64,000 bases of DNA, from positions 1,312,001 to 1,376,000 of the forward strand of contig CAVSZB010000007.1 of NCBI GenBank assembly GCA_963732385.1. The letters run 5' to 3'. The stretch is from an uncultured bacterium. GTDB lineage: Bacteria; Krumholzibacteriota; Krumholzibacteriia; LZORAL124-64-63. The notes below the pieces were generated by a model that was not told where the DNA came from, made no database searches, and saw only the letters and a list, made by a program, of their open reading frames with translations. Positions 62,947 through 64,000 of this stretch are shown here, in pieces. Both the position numbers and the translations under genes were made by a program. The stretch's first letter is position 1. Each line of letters opens with the position of its first letter.

Positions 62947-63753
62947 ATGTGGCATTCCATCACCGGTTCGATCATCATCGACGTCCTCGACGTCCTGCTG
63001 GTGGCCTACCTGATGTACCGTTTGCTGTTGCTGGTCCAGGGCACCCGCGCGATCCAGATGTTCGCCGGTCTCGGCATCCTGCTTCTGCTCTCGTTCGCCT
63101 CGAGCGTCTTCGGCATGATCATGATCAATCGGATCATCGACACCCTGCAGACAGTGTGGGTGATCGCATTCATCATCCTGTTCCAGCCCGAGCTGCGCAC
63201 GGCGCTCACCCATCTCGGACGCAAGCGCGGCCTGAAAATCTTCGGCGGCGAGGAGGAGATCCCGGCTGAGCATGAGATCCTCACCGCGGTGGAGCGGCTG
63301 TCGCGACGGGGCCTGGGGGCGTTGATCGTCATCGAGCGCGACATCAACCTCGGACGCTGGATCCGCACCGGCACCCAGCTCAACGCCGACATCTCGGCCG
63401 CGACGCTGGAGTCCATCTTCACCGTGCCGGGACCACTGCACGACGGCGCCGTCATCATCAGCCAGGCGAAAATCACCGCCGCCGCCTGCATCCTGCCCAA
63501 CACCGAGCGCGAGGAACTGGGCTACGTGCTCGGCACGCGCCACCGCGCCGCGATCGGCTTGACCGAGGTTTCCGACGCGCTGGTAATCGTCGTCTCCGAA
63601 GAGACCCGCGCCGTGTCACTGGCGCACGATGGCGAGATCCGCCGCGGCCTGTCGATCGAGGACCTCACGACGGAACTCAATCGCGTCCTGCTCAAGTCCG
63701 GCTCCGGCCGGCGCCCGCGCAAGCGCCCCGCCCTGAAGACGACCCCGGCCTGA
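62947..63753 (+). CDS. cdaA: Diadenylate cyclase CdaA/DacA
   Basis: Three TM segments, LFQPELR, PLHDGA, LGTRHRAAIG, VSEET. Confidence 0.92.
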   Translation: MWHSITGSIIIDVLDVLLVAYLMYRLLLLVQGTRAIQMFAGLGILLLLSFASSVFGMIMINRIIDTLQTVWVIAFIILFQPELRTALTHLGRKRGLKIFGGEEEIPAEHEILTAVERLSRRGLGALIVIERDINLGRWIRTGTQLNADISAATLESIFTVPGPLHDGAVIISQAKITAAACILPNTEREELGYVLGTRHRAAIGLTEVSDALVIVVSEETRAVSLAHDGEIRRGLSIEDLTTELNRVLLKSGSGRRPRKRPALKTTPA

Positions 63754-64000
63754 TCGCCCAGCGGCAGACCCGCAGCCCCAGACCACTCTCCTGCGCCACC
63801 TCCACCAGCGCCGCGGCCAACGCCAGTTGCAGCCGCCGGCCCAGTCGGGGATCGCCCGGCAGGAGCGACCGGGGCAGACATGCGTGACCCGAGCCGTGCA
63901 GCAGCCGTTCGGCGGCCAGGGAGTCGTCCGGCGCCACCTGCCGGCAGCGCAGCCTCACCGTCCACCACTCGCCCCGCCGACTACAGATGCAATCTTCCAG
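63692..64000 (-). CDS. Possible C-terminal part of a hypothetical gene running off the window
   Basis: Minus-strand frame is open to the window edge with GC-rich third positions; no recognisable motif. Confidence 0.3.
   Translation of the reverse strand: MEDCICSRRGEWWTVRLRCRQVAPDDSLAAERLLHGSGHACLPRSLLPGDPRLGRRLQLALAAALVEVAQESGLGLRVCRWAIRPGSSSGRGACAGAGRSRT

Overview
A 64-kb window of very high-GC bacterial DNA. Three secreted proteins ending in a 'PNPFNP' FlgD-Ig-like domain point to an FCB-superphylum lineage such as Krumholzibacteriota, Latescibacterota or Eisenbacteria (inference only). Housekeeping blocks are a sulfate ABC operon (sbp-cysT-cysW-cysA) divergent from a KamA radical SAM gene, ahpC, tRNA-Gln/tRNA-Glu divergent from glnS-gltX, a second gltX, a K+-independent membrane pyrophosphatase, a Yip1/MacA/2x MacB-permease operon with no ATPase, ilvC, and tRNA(CAT)-tilS-ftsH-folP-cdaA. 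Accessory content includes a decayed AbiEi/nucleotidyltransferase pair, a 14-repeat FG-GAP surface protein, a 129-bp MITE-like element, two hybrid histidine kinases, a secreted fibre-protein module, and an IS5-family element with a nonsense-mutated transposase inside an RDD gene. The strongest leads are: (1) a four-gene operon of two alkaline-phosphatase-superfamily enzymes, a 64-aa protein ending in an 'LGY' tail, and a 3-TM protein resembling archaeal DUF106/EMC3 (Oxa1-superfamily insertases); (2) a shared sigma-28-like promoter motif before an orphan mini flagellar-rod protein and both hybrid kinases; (3) two frameshifts at 7-nt G/C runs, probably sequencing errors. No CRISPR array or rRNA was seen. 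All family calls come from motif recognition by eye; no database searches were run.
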